In this document: in pieces, positions 1-14,480 of the stretch | Layout of the letters: each line of letters opens with the position of its first letter | Position numbering within the stretch: position 1 is the stretch's first letter | Origin: the human T2T-CHM13v2.0 reference genome, Homo sapiens | Length of the DNA stretch: 64,000 nt | Strand: one strand, 5' to 3' | Assembly: GCF_009914755.1 (NCBI RefSeq) | Contig: NC_060930.1 | Program-made: the position numbers and the translations under genes | Notes under the pieces: model-generated | What the model saw: only the letters and a program-made list of their open reading frames with translations | The model's database searches: none | Told to the model about the DNA's origin: nothing

Positions 1-1029
1 TGGCAGAAGATGGCAATAATGAGGTTCTTGAAAGGATGAAAATCTAGCATACATCTGAGGATTAAAGGGTCTTTATAAGTAACTTTTCAAGCAAAACCTT
101 GACACAAGAAACAAAACTGTAATCTCCACAGTCACAGCATATTACTTTTTCCTCTCACAGGCAGATAAAATATTTCTCTTTAGTCAATGTTCTAGAATAC
201 TTTATTATTACTGTTTTCAAATCGTTACGTATGTGTTAGAGAAGAACGGATAAATTGAGGAATTGTACTCACATTTGACTTATTTCCTTTCATCTATTTT
301 ACAAAGAATTGTATTTGCCAAACAGTGTAATATTTTAAATATTAGGACAATTTCACAAAAATCACTTTTACACATTTATAAGTGACTTAAGTTTCAATAA
401 TTAAAATGAATCATATTTTTAATTTGTTTACATTCTGTGAAGCTTTATGTACCAATGTGGCAAATAGGTCATAAGATAATTCTCTATTAAAAGAATTGTA
501 GTATCTGCTTCAATAAAACTCAAGTACTCATAAAGGTATTTAAAACATCTTGGAACTCATTGAAGAAAATGCTTATATAGTCCACACATAGGGGACATGA
601 AAAAGTTAAGTAGAAAAGCTCCAGGTTACAGCTGGGTTGTCGGTAGGGTGCATGCCCTATAGTTTCATAAAACAACTAATACAGAATCAATTACCACCCA
701 GTAGGGAAGGCTTTTTTTCCAGGTAACCTCTAAACTATTTTCTTCCCACAACTGCTAATGCAGAGCCCTCCTACTACCGCTACAGACCTGATCATAGACA
801 GGATGTGGAGCAGAGTTAGTACACAATGAATTCATTCCTGTGCATCCAGGAGCTATTGTTGAAATTTTGATGAAAATGCCCTGAAAACAAGCAAAACTCA
901 TAATTCTACTTTGCATGGATCTTTTCAATAGCAGGAAAAGCAGTGAATAGGCATTTGGGTTTGTTAAATAAAGGCTGCACTTTAATCCTTGTTAAAAGAC
1001 AACATCTGACTTTTAGCATAGATTTCTCA

Positions 1030-1900
1030 TAAAATGAAGATAATTAATATCAACAGTGTATAAAGAATTCTGATAAATCCCAAAAAATAAATCATTCAAC
1101 AGACAAATATAAAATAATATGTCCTAAATATATACAGGAAAATAATTAGGAACAGAAAATAAGCATATTAAAGGTGGCAAATCTTCTCAGTCATTAGAAA
1201 AGTGGTGTGGAAAAACATGTTGAGATAGATACAATTTTACTCCCATTAGGTAGAGCAATAGTAAGACACCAAACAAAATAGTAAGTATTGGAAAGTTTTT
1301 GTCTTTGTTTTCTTTTCTTAAATTTTATTTAAAAATTTCAAGATAGGGTCTTCCTCTGTCGCCCTGCCTGAAAGAATGGTGGTGCCATCGTAGCTCACTG
1401 CAGCTTTGCACTCCTGAGATCAAGCAGATCCTCCTGCCTCAGCCTCTGGAGTAGATGGGACTACAGGTGCACACCACAGTGCCCACCTTGGAAAGCTTTT
1501 GGGAAATTGGAAACTCTAATTCCCTGTTGGTGAAAGAGTAAATTGGTACAACCACTGTGCAGTACGTTAGAGGTATCAAAAATAATTTAAAATGTTTTAA
1601 TGTTTGAATCAATTTATAGTTCTAAATATATAACCTAGATAAACTTCTATAAATATGCAGTAGAAAATTTTTATAGAGATGTTTATTGGAGCACTCTTTG
1701 TAAGGATAAAAAATAAAAAAAAATTTAGAAGTTCATTAGATGGAATATGGAAATATGAAGAGAGACCCAGTAAAATAAATTGTAATAAATCCAAAAGATG
1801 AAATAAAATTCATCTGTATTAATATAGATGCAAAAACATAAATACAAATTGATTAAGTAATATAAATTATTATTGTGTAATATATATAAGCTTAAAGAAG
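1030..1900 (+). mobile_element. Ancient L1M (L1ME/MD-like) 3' fragment, interrupted by an Alu monomer
   Basis: Degenerate L1 3' motifs (ttggtgaaagagtaaattggtacaaccact; gatgtttattggagcactctttgtaa). Boundaries approximate. Confidence 0.55.
1302..1487 (-). mobile_element. Alu monomer (FRAM/AluJ right arm)
   Basis: Single antisense Alu arm (gatcctcctgcctcagcctc...gggactacaggtgc). TSD ttggaaag(t/c)ttttg at 1288-1301 and 1488-1501. Confidence 0.8.
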
Positions 1901-3211
1901 AATCTTACAAAATAATGCTATATCATTAGATAAATTAATAATACAGTTAGGAAGGAATGAAAATGAACCAAGGTAGGTTATAAAAAATGTCTATTTTTTC
2001 TGTTTATTATAAAATCTGAAATTAATATGATAAATAAATACGTATATATATTCTCTAATTTTGACCATTTATGTGATTGTTGGATTATATTCTTTACACT
2101 TGTTTCAAAGTTAAGATAGATAATATTTAAAATAATTATAATTAGGATAAATATTGTAAGTTGTTGAAGAATGATGAAAATATGAAGAAAATAAAGTAAA
2201 CGTGAAGATATTTTTAGTTACACACATTCACGAATGAAGGGTTGTGGAGAAAGAGAGATTTAGTGCATGAATAGATAGGTACAATGTTGTAGAAAAATAG
2301 TAGCAAAACATCCTCCAAACTATTAAACATTCAATATACACTGTGAATTAGGAAACTAATGTCCTCTATCATTTTACAACTCATCCCTTTGGTCCACTGA
2401 CGAACAGAACAGATTTTACATAGTGTCAACTGTTAATTAATTAAAATGCTATTTGTTTAACGACAATTACAGCTTTTAAGTCTCTAATATAAAAATATGG
2501 TTATGGAGTTACTAAAGAAATATCTTAAATTTTTCTTTGATTTTAGACATTAACATTAAAAATGATTACAATAAGTATATATATTTGAGTAAGAAATACA
2601 TATGTGTATATTTAGTCAAATTATTTGTTCTATTCCACTTCTTTTATAGGACTTCTGTTAATTATCTTAAGCAAAGGAAATATTTTAACTGCCTGAAACA
2701 TAACATGCATGCTATTTGGTTATTTAATAACATAAATTGCAATCTAAAATGTATAACCCCAGTTTCATGGTAAATTTCAGTTTACCCACAATTTTTGAGA
2801 TTCAATACTGTGGAGTAAGACAAAGTTTGCTGAATTACATGATATTTGTCTTAATAGAAAAAGAAAATATTTTCTACAATTCTCTTCTTGCTACTCGACA
2901 CTGTCATTAATTTATTTATGACATATAAATCTATGAAGAACAACTGAGCAAGAACACTGTTAACTCTTTTTCTAAACTTGCTTGGTTTTTGAAGCCATCT
3001 ATTATCGTGATAAAATGACAAAAGAAAAAAATATGTAAAGTAGTAAAATGCTTTACTTTACTACCCTGCTGCTCAGCTCACAAAGCAATTAAGTAACTAA
3101 GGAAATGTGAAAAGACTAGAATTATAGAAAATCAAAGTTGCAGTTAAGAATAGATCTAGAATATATCTCAGCAAATGTAGTGGACAAGGCAAGGTTCCAA
3201 AATGTTGTGAG

Positions 3212-3712
3212 CAGATGCTGGAGAGGATGTGGAGAAACGGGAACGCTTTTACACTGTTGGTGGGGGTCTAAATTTGTTTATTCATTGTGGAAGATAGTGT
3301 GGCAATTACTCAAAGATTTAGAACCAGAAGTAACATTTGACCCAGCAATCCCATTACTGGGCGTATACCCAAAGGATTATAAATCATTTTACTATAAAGA
3401 CAAATGCACACATATGTTTATTGAAGCACTATTTACAGTAGCAAAGACTTGGAACCAACCCAAATGCCCATCAATGATAGATTGGATAAAGAAAAATGTG
3501 GCACAAATACACCATGGAATACTACGCAGTCATAAAAAAGAATGAGTTAACGTCCTTTGCAGGGACATGGATGAAGCTGGAAACCATCATTCTGAGCAAA
3601 CTATCACAAGGACAGAAAAAAAGAAACACCGTGTGTTCTCAGTTATAAGTGGGAGTTGAACAACGAGAACACATGGACACAGGGAGGGAAACATCACACA
3701 TTGGGGCCTGTC
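3212..3712 (+). mobile_element. L1PA (about L1PA7-8) ORF2 C-terminus/3'UTR fragment lacking its terminal 3' end
   Basis: ORF 3138-3545 carries [35 protein letters not shown]1 homology stops at ggggcctgtc. Confidence 0.9.
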
Positions 3713-3948
<236 letters not shown>

Positions 3949-4520
3949 GTGAGATGTCAGCAACCTCAGGGATGATTTATCAAACACATGGGAAGTCACA
4001 TTTTAAACCCTTTTTATTTGCATCAGTTCATCTTTTTCCACCTCAAGTTCCTTTGAAAATACGTATTTTCTATACTAGTTTTATTATTTTCTCATTTGTT
4101 GAGGATCAACTACATTATTCTAGACAACTGAAAAATTCTTTTTTATGGTACAAAAGACATGTGACAACGTATTTAGTTCAGATATTTTGTCTGGAAAACA
4201 AATAATGAAAATTTACCTTCACATATTTTGATGTTGAGAAGTTTATATCAGAGTGAAACAAAAAAAACTCCAAAAAACTGCGTTTTATTAACCATAACCT
4301 CAGTTGCTTAGATGCTAAGGATGGAATATCTGTAACCATCTTTGTAACTTTATCTAATTTTCTTTTTCATTTGACTATTTTGACATTTAATATCATGTAG
4401 GCATTACCAAGGTAGAAAATATTATGATACATGCAATTTTTACTTATGTTTTCTGGCAAGTTATTTGAATAGGATTAGGATAGAATAACTTTTATTATTA
4501 CTATTATTATTATTAAATTA

Positions 4521-4749
4521 AGCATTGAACAGAGTACACACGGACCAGAAGAAAGGAATTATAGATACAAGGTCTCCATGAGGGTGGAGGGTGGGAGGAA
4601 GGTAAGGGTCAAAAAACTACCTATCAGGTACTATGCATGTTACCTGTATGACAAAAATCATCTGTACACCAAAACCCTGTGACACAAAAATTACCCACGT
4701 AACAAACCTGCACATGTACCCCCAGACCTAAAATAAAAGTTAGAAAAAA
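4521..4749 (+). mobile_element. Short L1PA15/16-like 3' end
   Basis: gagggtggagggtgggaggaa...aaaaactacctatcaggtactatgc...aacaaacctgcacatgtacccc..aaataaaagtt followed by an A tail. Confidence 0.8.
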
Positions 4750-4962
4750 ATGTTTTAATAAATTGTTCTCAATGTGGGCTTAAGAATTATAAGAGTTGAG
4801 AAATATCTTTATGTACTGGGAGAGGTTGCATTTGAAGTCTGTGAAGTTCCAGAAAGCCATGTCTGTCACACACATAGTGATCTTTGAAAATAAAAATTGG
4901 CTTAAAATGATTCATTCCTCACTAGAAGTCGTAGCTCATGCCATAACTTTTATTTTTTGAAT

Positions 4963-7900
4963 TTTTTGTTGTATTAGTATTTTATTTTAATTTTAATAGA
5001 TTTAGGATTACAAGTGCAGGTTTTTACATTGACATGTAGTACAGTGGTGAAATCTAGGCTTTTACCCTACACATAACCTGAATAGTGCACATTGCACTCA
5101 ATAGGTAGTATATCATCTCTCACCCCCTCCCACACTCCCAACTCTTGGGATGTCCAATGTCTATTATTTCACTCTGCATGTTCATGAGTACCCATTGTTT
5201 AACTGCCACTTATAAGTGAGAACATGTGTTTTTTGATCTTCTGAGTTATTTCACTAAAGATAATGGTTTTCAGTTCCATTCCTGTTTTTTCTTTTTAACG
5301 GCTGAGTAGAATTCCGTGTGTGTCTTTGTGTGTGTACATATATAAACACTTTTGGAATCTAATCATCTGTTGATAGCCACAGGTTGATTCCATGACTTTT
5401 TTATTGTGAATATTGCTGGAAAAAACAAAAAGTGAAGATGTTTTTGGTAAAACGATTTCTTTTCTTTTGGATATATACACAAATGATTTGTTTTCTTTTG
5501 AGATTAATGGATTGAAGGTTAGTTCCACTTTTGGTTATTTGAGAAATCTCCATACCGTTTTTCATAGAGATTGTACTAATTCACATACCCAACATCAGTG
5601 CTTATATTGTTTCTTTTCCTGCATTCCTTTTCCTCCACATCCTTGCCAACATATGTTGTTTTTTTTTCACTTTCTAATAATAGCCATTTTGAGTAATGTA
5701 AGACTTCACTGTGGTTTTAATTTGCATTTCTCTGATGATTAGTGATGTTGAGCATTTTTTCATATGTTTTTTGGCCACTTGTACATCTTGTTTTAAAAAG
5801 TGCCTGCTCATGTTCTGTGCCCAGTTTTTAATTGTTATTTACCTCTTTTTTGAGTTCCTCACACGTTCTGGATATTAGCCCTTTGTTGGATGCATTGTTT
5901 GCAAACATTTTCTCTCCTTCTGTAGGTTTTCTCTTTACTCTGTTGAGTATTCCTTTTGCTGTGTAGAAACTTGTTAGTTTAATTAACTTCCACTTGTCTA
6001 TTTTGTTTTGGTTGTGCTTCCTTTTGAAGGCTTAGTCATAAATTCTTTGCCTAGGCCAATAATAAGAAGAGTTTTTCCTAGAATTTCTTCTTAGATTTTT
6101 ACAGTTTCAGGTCTTACATTTAAGGCTGTAATCTATTTTTAGTTAATTTTTGTATGTAATGAAACATGAAGAACCAGTTTCATTATTTTACACATGCCTC
6201 TCCAAATTTTTAGCAACAATTATTGAATAGGGTGTTCTTTCCCCAGTGTACATTTGTGTCAACTTTCTCAAAGGTGAGTTGGTTGTAGGTATGTGGCTTT
6301 ACTTCTGGGTTCTCTATTCTCTTCCATTCGTCTAGGTGTCTAATTTTATATCAGTACCATGCTGTTTTGGTTACTATAACTTTGTAGTATAATTGAAATT
6401 AAGGTATTCAGCTTTATTTCTCTTGCTCCAGATTGTTTTGGCTATTCAGCCTCTTTTTTAGTTCCATATACATTTCAGAATTGTCTTTCTCATTCTGTGA
6501 AAAAATGACATCGGTAATTTGATAGCAATTACACTGAATTTGTAGATTGCTTTGAGCATTTTGTTCATTTTAATGATATTGGTTCTTCCTATTCATGAAT
6601 ATGAGATGATTTTCCATTTGTTTATGTCATCTATAATTTATTTCATCAGAGTTTTGTAGTTCTCCTTGTAGAGCTCTTTCACCTACTTGGCTGATTGTAT
6701 TGCTAAATATCTTTTTTTTTAACTTATTGTGAATGGGATTTAGTTCTTTGTTTGGTTCCCAGCTTTACCATAATTGGGTGTATAGAAATGCTGCTAGTTT
6801 TTTTGTACATTGATTTTGTATCCTAACCCTACTGAAGTCATTTATGAAATGTAAGAGTCTTTGAGAGGGTTCTTCAGTGTTTTCTAGGTGTAAGATAATA
6901 TCATCAGTGGAAAGAGATAATTTAGCTTCCTCTTTTTCCAGTTTGGTTGTCTTTAATGTTTTTCTCTTGCCTGATTGCACTGGCTAGGACTTCCAGTACT
7001 ATACTCAATAGGAGTGGTGAAAGTGGGCATAATTTTCTTGTTCTAGTTCTTAGGGAGAACGCTTTCAACTTTCCTGATATTGGTTTTACATTTGTCTTAC
7101 AAGACTTTTATTATTTTGAGGTGTGTTCCTTTTTTACCTACTTTGGTAAGATTTTCTTTTTTATCATGAAGGATGTGGAATTTTATCAAATGCTTTTCCT
7201 GCATCGATTGAGGTGATCATATGGATTTTTTAAAAATCTATGTGGTGAATCATGTTTATTAATTTGCATATGGTGAGTCAACCTTGCATTCCTGAACTAA
7301 AACCAACTTGATTGTGGTATATCATTGAATTAATGTGCTGTTGGATTTGGTTTGCTAATATTTTGTTGAGGATTTTTGCATCTGTGTTCTTGAGGGATAT
7401 TGGTTTGGAGTTTTCTTTTTTGTTGTGTCCTTGCCTGGCTTTGGTATCAAAGTGATGTTGGATTCATATAATTAGGGAGGATTCCTTACTCTTCAATTTT
7501 TTAGAAGAATTTCAGTAGGATTGACATCACTTCTCCCTTGTACATATGGTAGAATTGGACTGTGAATCTATCTGGTGCTGGACTTTTTTTTCTGTTGTTG
7601 AGAAACATTTAATTACTGATTCATTTTCACCACTTTTTTTTTAGGCTGTATGGGATTTCTATTTTCTCTTAGTTTAATCCTGGGGGTTATATGTCTCCAG
7701 AAATTAATCTATTTTCTTTAGGTTTTCTAGTTTGAGTTTGTGTGCATATAATGTTCCTGTTAGTCAGTGATGATATTTTGTATTTTTGTTATATCAGTTT
7801 TAACGAAATATTTATTATTTCTGATTGTGCTTATTTGAATCTTCTCTCTTTTCTTCTTGGTTATTCAAGCTAGCCATCTATCATTTTTAACAGAGAACAA

Positions 7901-10900
7901 ACATTTTATTTCATTGAGCCTTGTCTTTTTGTTGTTTTGCTCTCCATTTCATTTAGTTCTGCTTTGATCTTTTTTTTTTCTTCTGCCAGCTTTGTGTGTA
8001 TTGTGCTCTTGCTTTTCTAGTTTCTTAAAGTTCAATGTTTGTTAATTTGAGATTTTTCTGTCTTTTTGATGTGGGCATTTACTACTATAAACTTCCCTTA
8101 TAGCACTGCTTTTGCTGTATCCCAGAGGTTTGTTGTTCCTCTATTTTCTATTGTTTCCATTTTTTTTAAATTTCCACCTTAATTTCATCATTGACCCAAA
8201 AATCATTTGGGAGCAGGTTATTTAATTTTCATGTATTTGTATAATTTTGATGGTTTTATTTGTTATTGATTTTTAGTTTTATTTCAATGTGTCACAAGAA
8301 GATATTTGATATGATTCCAGTTTTCTTAAAATTTGTAAAGACTTGCCTTCTGGTCTAGCATAGGATCAATTTTCTAAAATGTTGCACATATACGTGAGAA
8401 AAATATACATTCTACTATTGTAAAGTAGAACATTCTGTAAACGTCTGTTATGTCCATTTGGTCTAGAGTGCTATTTAAATCCAGAGTTTCTTCATTGACT
8501 TTCTACTTCAATGATCTGTCTAGTGCTTTCAGTGACATATTGCAGACCCCGACTATTATTGTATTGCTGTCTATCTCTTTTCTTACTTGTAGTGTTTTTG
8601 TTTTAATCTCACTGCTCCAGTGTCAAGGGCACATATATTTGTAATTGTTATATCTTCCTAATGAATGGATCTCTTTATCATTACATAAAGATCATCTTTG
8701 TGTTTTTACTGTTGTCGATTTAAAGTCTGTTTTATTTGAAATAAATATAGCTACTCCTACTCGCTTTTGGTTTCGGTTTGCATAGAATATTTTTGTCCAC
8801 TTCTTTGAGTCTGTCAAATTCTTTACCAGCTGGGTGATTTTCCTGTATGTAGCATATCCTTGGATTTTGTTCTCTTATTCATTCTTCAAGCCCATAACTT
8901 TTAGTGAAGTATTTAGTCCATTTATGTTATGTATGTTTAAAATTAGTATCAATAAGAGAGTTTTTGTTCCTGTCATAATGTTAATTATTACCTAGATGCT
9001 TTGTAGTCTTGATTATGCAATTGTTTTATAAGATTTGTGAGTTTTATACTTTCACATGTTTTATGATGATAACTGTTGCCTTTTGTTTTCATGTTTAGAA
9101 CTCCTTTGAGGATTTCCTGTATGTCTAGCTTAGTGGTGACAAATTCATTTGGTATGTCCTTGTCTAGGAAAGACTTTATTTCTCAATCATTTTTAAAGCT
9201 TAGTTTATCAGGATACAAAATTCTTGGCTGGCATTTTCTTTTTCATAAAAAGACGGTCAAGAAAACCCTAATCTTTTCTGCCTTAAAAAGTTTCTTCTGG
9301 GAATTCCACTGTTAGGCTGATGAGATTTCCATTATAACTGATTAGACACTTCTCTCTTGCTGCTTTTAGGTCATTTTTCTTCATGTAGACTTTGAATATC
9401 CTGATAATCATATGCCTTGGTGAAGCTCATCTTGAATTATGTGTCCAGGAGTTATCTGAGCTTCTTGTATCTGGATGTCTAGACCTCTAGCAAGACCAAG
9501 GAATTTTTCCTGAATTTGTCCCTCAAATAGGATTTTCATACTTTGTATTATTTCTTATTTTTCTGGAATATGTATTCCTCATAGCTTTGGACAGTTTACA
9601 TAATCTCATATTTTTTGAAAGCTTTGTGAATTAAAAAATAATTTTTTGTTTTTATTTGATTGGGTTAATTCAAAAGACATGTCCTCTAGCTTTGAAATTC
9701 TTTCTTCTTTTTTCTCTAGGCTATTGTGAAGGCTTTCATCGGTATTGTGTAATTCCATCAATAAATTTTTTATTTTCAGAAGTTTTGTATTTTTAAAACA
9801 TAGTATCTACCTCTTTCATATTCTTATTTTTCTATTTTTTTGTTAGTTTTCAGCATTCTATTGGATCCCATTAAGCTTCTTTAAAATCAATATGTTTCAT
9901 GTTTTATCTGGTATTTTGAATATTTTATTTTGTTTAGAATCTTTTGCTGGAGAGCTAGAGTGATCCCTTGAGGGTGTCATACCACTGTTTTTCATACTTC
10001 TAAAATTGTTTCTCTGACTTATTTGCATCTGGATGAGCTTTCTTTTCCTAATTCTAAATTTACTTTCATTTGGATGAGAATTTTTTCCCCCTAGAGTGTG
10101 ATTATAATATGTATTGTGTAGAGTCCTTTGGCTTTGATTCTGGATGCTTTCAATGGCATGTTTCTTGGGTATAAAATGCCTTTGTATGGTGGTTTTCTCA
10201 AATGCTGGTTTTAGTATTGATGTACTGGTATGTGAGCAGACTCACTTCCTGTGGGGCTGGGGTGGCAGCAATCTCAGAAAGTTCACCTTGTTCCCTATTC
10301 ACCTGTGTCAGTGAATTTTTGATTGGATTATGTAGTTCAACCTCCAGGCCAGTAGGTGGTGCTTACAGATAAGAGTCAGCTATTGCTGATACAGATAGGT
10401 ATATACTTCATCTTTGTTTACCCTGAAAAGCTCTCTGTTGCCTCAGGCAATAGGCTGTCCTGTGGAATGCACTGTGGTAGGAGATTCCTTCCCAGCTCCA
10501 GCTGGGGGTTGGAGGATGAAGCTAGGCAGGATGGGATTGGGCAGGATTATCTACATGTCTCAATGGCAGGAATGAGCATGAGCTCAAAGGAAGGGTCTGG
10601 GGAGAAATTGCCAAGCATCTGGAGACGTTCCAAGGGGTGGAGTGGATAAACCTCTGCTGTTCCAAGTTCTCTGTCCAGGGAGTGGGGGTAACCTAAACTC
10701 CCAATCTAGAAGAGTGGGAGCTCCAAATGCCTGCAGATATGACAAGGTGTAAAGCAGAGAAGGTGCCACTGCACCAAGATCTCTGCATCTGAAGGGAAGA
10801 GTGGCTCAGGCTCCCAATCTAGGCAAGTGGGTGCACTGAGTACTTGGAATTATGCCTGGGCATGGAGTGGAGAGGGTCCCATTTTACCAAGATTTCTGCA

Positions 10901-10908
10901 CAGGGAGT
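4963..10908 (-). mobile_element. Near full-length degraded L1PB (L1PB3/4-like): 3'UTR, ORF2, ORF1 and part of the 5'UTR
   Basis: Continuous antisense L1 homology. Degraded RT motif ([15 protein letters not shown]) in ORF 6765-6980. Degenerate TSD cataac..atttttgaat at 4942-4962 and 10909-10927. Confidence 0.88.
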
Positions 10909-11534
10909 CATAACATAATTTTTGAATGTAATTAATTTTATTACTCTGCTATTAATTGATTGCTTAACTAGGAATAAACTTGCTGTGGTCAATGGCTATG
11001 TAAAATAATAGAGGCCATGGTTATAACTCTACCCAGTAAGGGCCCTGCAGACAAGAGGTAAACCTTCATAATAACATTTTGTTAGCTAGACAGTGTGAAT
11101 GCTATATGAACAAAGAAAAGTTGAGTGCCTTCTGCTCACTTTGCTGCCTTATGTGATACTAACCAACCCATCAGATTCCTGTAAGACCTAGCATGCTTGC
11201 CTGTTTCACTATAGAGTCCAAAGTGCCAGTGATTAAAAAAAATGTGTTATGTTCTTTTATATCTTTCTATAGAACACATTTACCACAGGGAATGTATGCA
11301 TGTATTTTCATTGTAAATTTTAGGAGCCTGACTAATGACTATTCAGTTTAAAGATACAAGTATTTATAGTCAGTTACGGAAATATGTACATTTAGTGTGG
11401 CTTTAGAATAGACATCTCCTTTCTCTATATTGAGTTGGGCATATATTTATTACTTGAGACAGGAGAAAACTGTCATGGTCAGGTTTTCCTTTGTAAATCC
11501 CTTCTGTTTTTAAGAGTCACCCTGCATTATTATT

Positions 11535-11770
11535 ACTAAAGTAGTACTGAGACTAAAATTTGGGCTTTGGAATCAAATAAATTGTAGATTGAATTCTGGT
11601 TCTTTTGTTTACTAGTAGTGAAAACCAGTGCAATTTATGCAATATCCACACAAATTTTCTTAGGGAAAAAACAGAAATAATAATACCAACTCACACAGAT
11701 AATGCACATAAAGCATTTAGCAGTGCCTTAAATACATAACTACCCAATAAATGGTGGCAGTTATTATCAT
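11535..11770 (+). mobile_element. MIR SINE
   Basis: tgggctttggaatcaaa..gaattctggttc..ataataataccaactcac..aaagcatttagcagtgcc..caataaatggtggcagttatt. Confidence 0.7.
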
Positions 11771-12084
11771 TAAAATGAAGGCTGAAAGTAACTAGAAGAT
11801 ACGGAAATCACTATGGAAATAGAAAATGGCAATCTTAAGAAAATAAGAATTAACATTCAGAGAAAAAACAAATTGACAGAATCTTAAATTGTTAAAAAGC
11901 TATGTTGAATAAGATTGTCTTTTCAAATAATTATCACCTCTAACTATCAAGACTTCTGTGCTTATGAATATAGTCCTTACTTGGAACAAATCAGTTAAAT
12001 TTGTACACATTAACATCACTGCTCCTTCACAATGCCTTATGATTAATCAGAAGCACTAAAAGGAAATGATTTTTTTTTGTATGT

Positions 12085-12492
12085 TGAGGCAGGAGAATGA
12101 GATCTGCAGACAGGGAATGTACATGATTCTCGCTGACTTCCTAGAACTGAATCGAATGGAAACACTTCAGCTATGATAGGAAATATTCTCTCCATTTACA
12201 CAGGGCATACACTGAGTAAATGACTTTGTAACTTTACTTCATCCTTTTTATTTTCATAGGGCATACACCAAATCATCAATGGAAACCTCTAGAGGATATT
12301 TAAACCCCTAGAAAATTCTGTAACGAGACTCTTGAGCACCTATCCTCAGGCCTGCTCCAACCCTGTGGAGTATAATTTCATTTTCAATAAATCTCTGCTT
12401 TTGTTTTTTTATTCCTTCTTTGCTTTCTTTGTGCGTTTTGTCCAATTCTTTGCTCAAGATGCCAAGAACTTGGACATTTTCCACTGGTAACA
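12085..12492 (+). mobile_element. ERV1 solo LTR (MER51-like)
   Basis: TG...CA ends (tgaggcaggagaat ... ccactggtaaca), perfect 4-bp TSD ATGT, internal AATAAA. Confidence 0.85.
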
Positions 12493-13183
12493 ATGTCAAT
12501 AAGCCACAATAAAAATCAGAAGATATCTTGCATATTTGTTGCTACAGTAATGGTGATGAAACCACACCAAACCATCCATACACTCTGTCCTGTTCCCCTA
12601 GAGTTCTGACTTATTTAAGCAAGGCAAACCTGCTAGATACTCTAAGCAGGATCCATCTGCCTTCGAAAAAGCTGTCATTCACTTCCTATCTCTGAACAGT
12701 ATCTCAAAGAGATTCTTTAGCTTTCTAGTCTCATAGTCCCAGTCAGATATTTTAAAAATCAGACATAATAAGATTTACAACTTCATTCTTATAGTCTTTT
12801 AATGCTAATTCCATATTTCTATATTAGATCTGACATGAGATAAGTGGCAATAGATCATTTTTTTCTCTAATGCCTTCTCAAACACTTCCTTATTTGTGGA
12901 GCCTATGTGAGAATCCTTTAGACAACTATTAATATCTGAAAATTTGTGTTTCCTTTTCTAACTTTCCTCCAAGATTTCAATACTTGTAATGACTTCACAA
13001 TCTTGCTGCTCAATACCACCTAACTTTTATAACACCCACGTTATTCACATGAAACTATCAGTCTTGCCTTTCAAAATGATGGGTGTCCCACTGCATTCTT
13101 CTGTCTATCACTCCGCTCCTTCCCTTCTCTTGTGCTCAAAAAAACCTATTAAGACCAATCAGAAAAATAGATGGCACACATGA

Positions 13184-13583
<400 letters not shown>

Positions 13584-13899
13584 CCTTCACTTAATTTTAT
13601 GAGGAGAATCTACACTGGTAGAGGAAATAATAAGCCACAGTAGCCTCTCTACCCATAAGACTCACAACATTACGTCACCAAGTTAATTCCAAGTTGAATT
13701 CCTAGACACCTGTAGACAGTTGCCTGGTGAGGGAATATGGAATAATGGTTACAGGATTTCTTCTTTTTACAGAAAGACTGGAAATCCTAGCTGAAATTAG
13801 GTATGATAGAACACTTTCTATTCAATGTTATTTTACAGTACAAGCAATAAATATTTCTTTAAAAATACATAAATGGGTTTAAAAAATCTAATTAAATAC

Positions 13900-14480
13900 A
13901 GAAGCAGCCATGCTGTCTGGGGTATATACCTTGGGGTTTATTGTCACATGCTGAGAAAGAAATCAGGACATAGACACATGTGGGTGGGTTAGGAGTGGAA
14001 AGTTTAATAGACAGAAGAAAGGAGAGAGGAGAGCAGCTCCTTGCAATAGAGAGAGAGATCCAAATAAGGGGAGAGTTGGTGGACGGCAACAGATTTTATA
14101 GGCAGGCTGGATAATGTGGTGTCTGATTTACATAGGGCTCACAGCTTGGTTTGATCAGGTATGACATCTACATAGTGCTTGGGGAAGGCTGCTCACCCAC
14201 CCTAATCTTATTATGCAGGTGGGCTTTCTGGTTGAGAGCTGCCATCTTGTCTGCTTCTTACTGTACACATGGCTGGCAAAGAGAATGGAAGATGGAGCCT
14301 CATCTTGAACATGGTGGGCATAACTGCCGGTATCTATGTGGGTAGCTTGATTTTACAGGCTTCTCTTTGTTAAAAAGGAAAATAATTTGGGGCTGCTTTT
14401 TATTAAAAAGAAAAGCCTTACCAAGGACTCTCATACCCTTACTTATCTGCCCAAGTAATTTCTTCTTAACCTATACATTA
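13900..14480 (-). repeat. 3' LTR of the provirus
   Basis: Aligns end to end with 21064-21651. On the minus strand it is preceded by the purine tract cagaaagggaaa. Confidence 0.9.

Noticed and set aside
14300-14330. p53 response element expected in some MER61 LTRs
   Set aside because: Only a degenerate half-site (gaacatggtg; gaacatgact in the other LTR) is present, with no intact RRRCWWGYYY pair.
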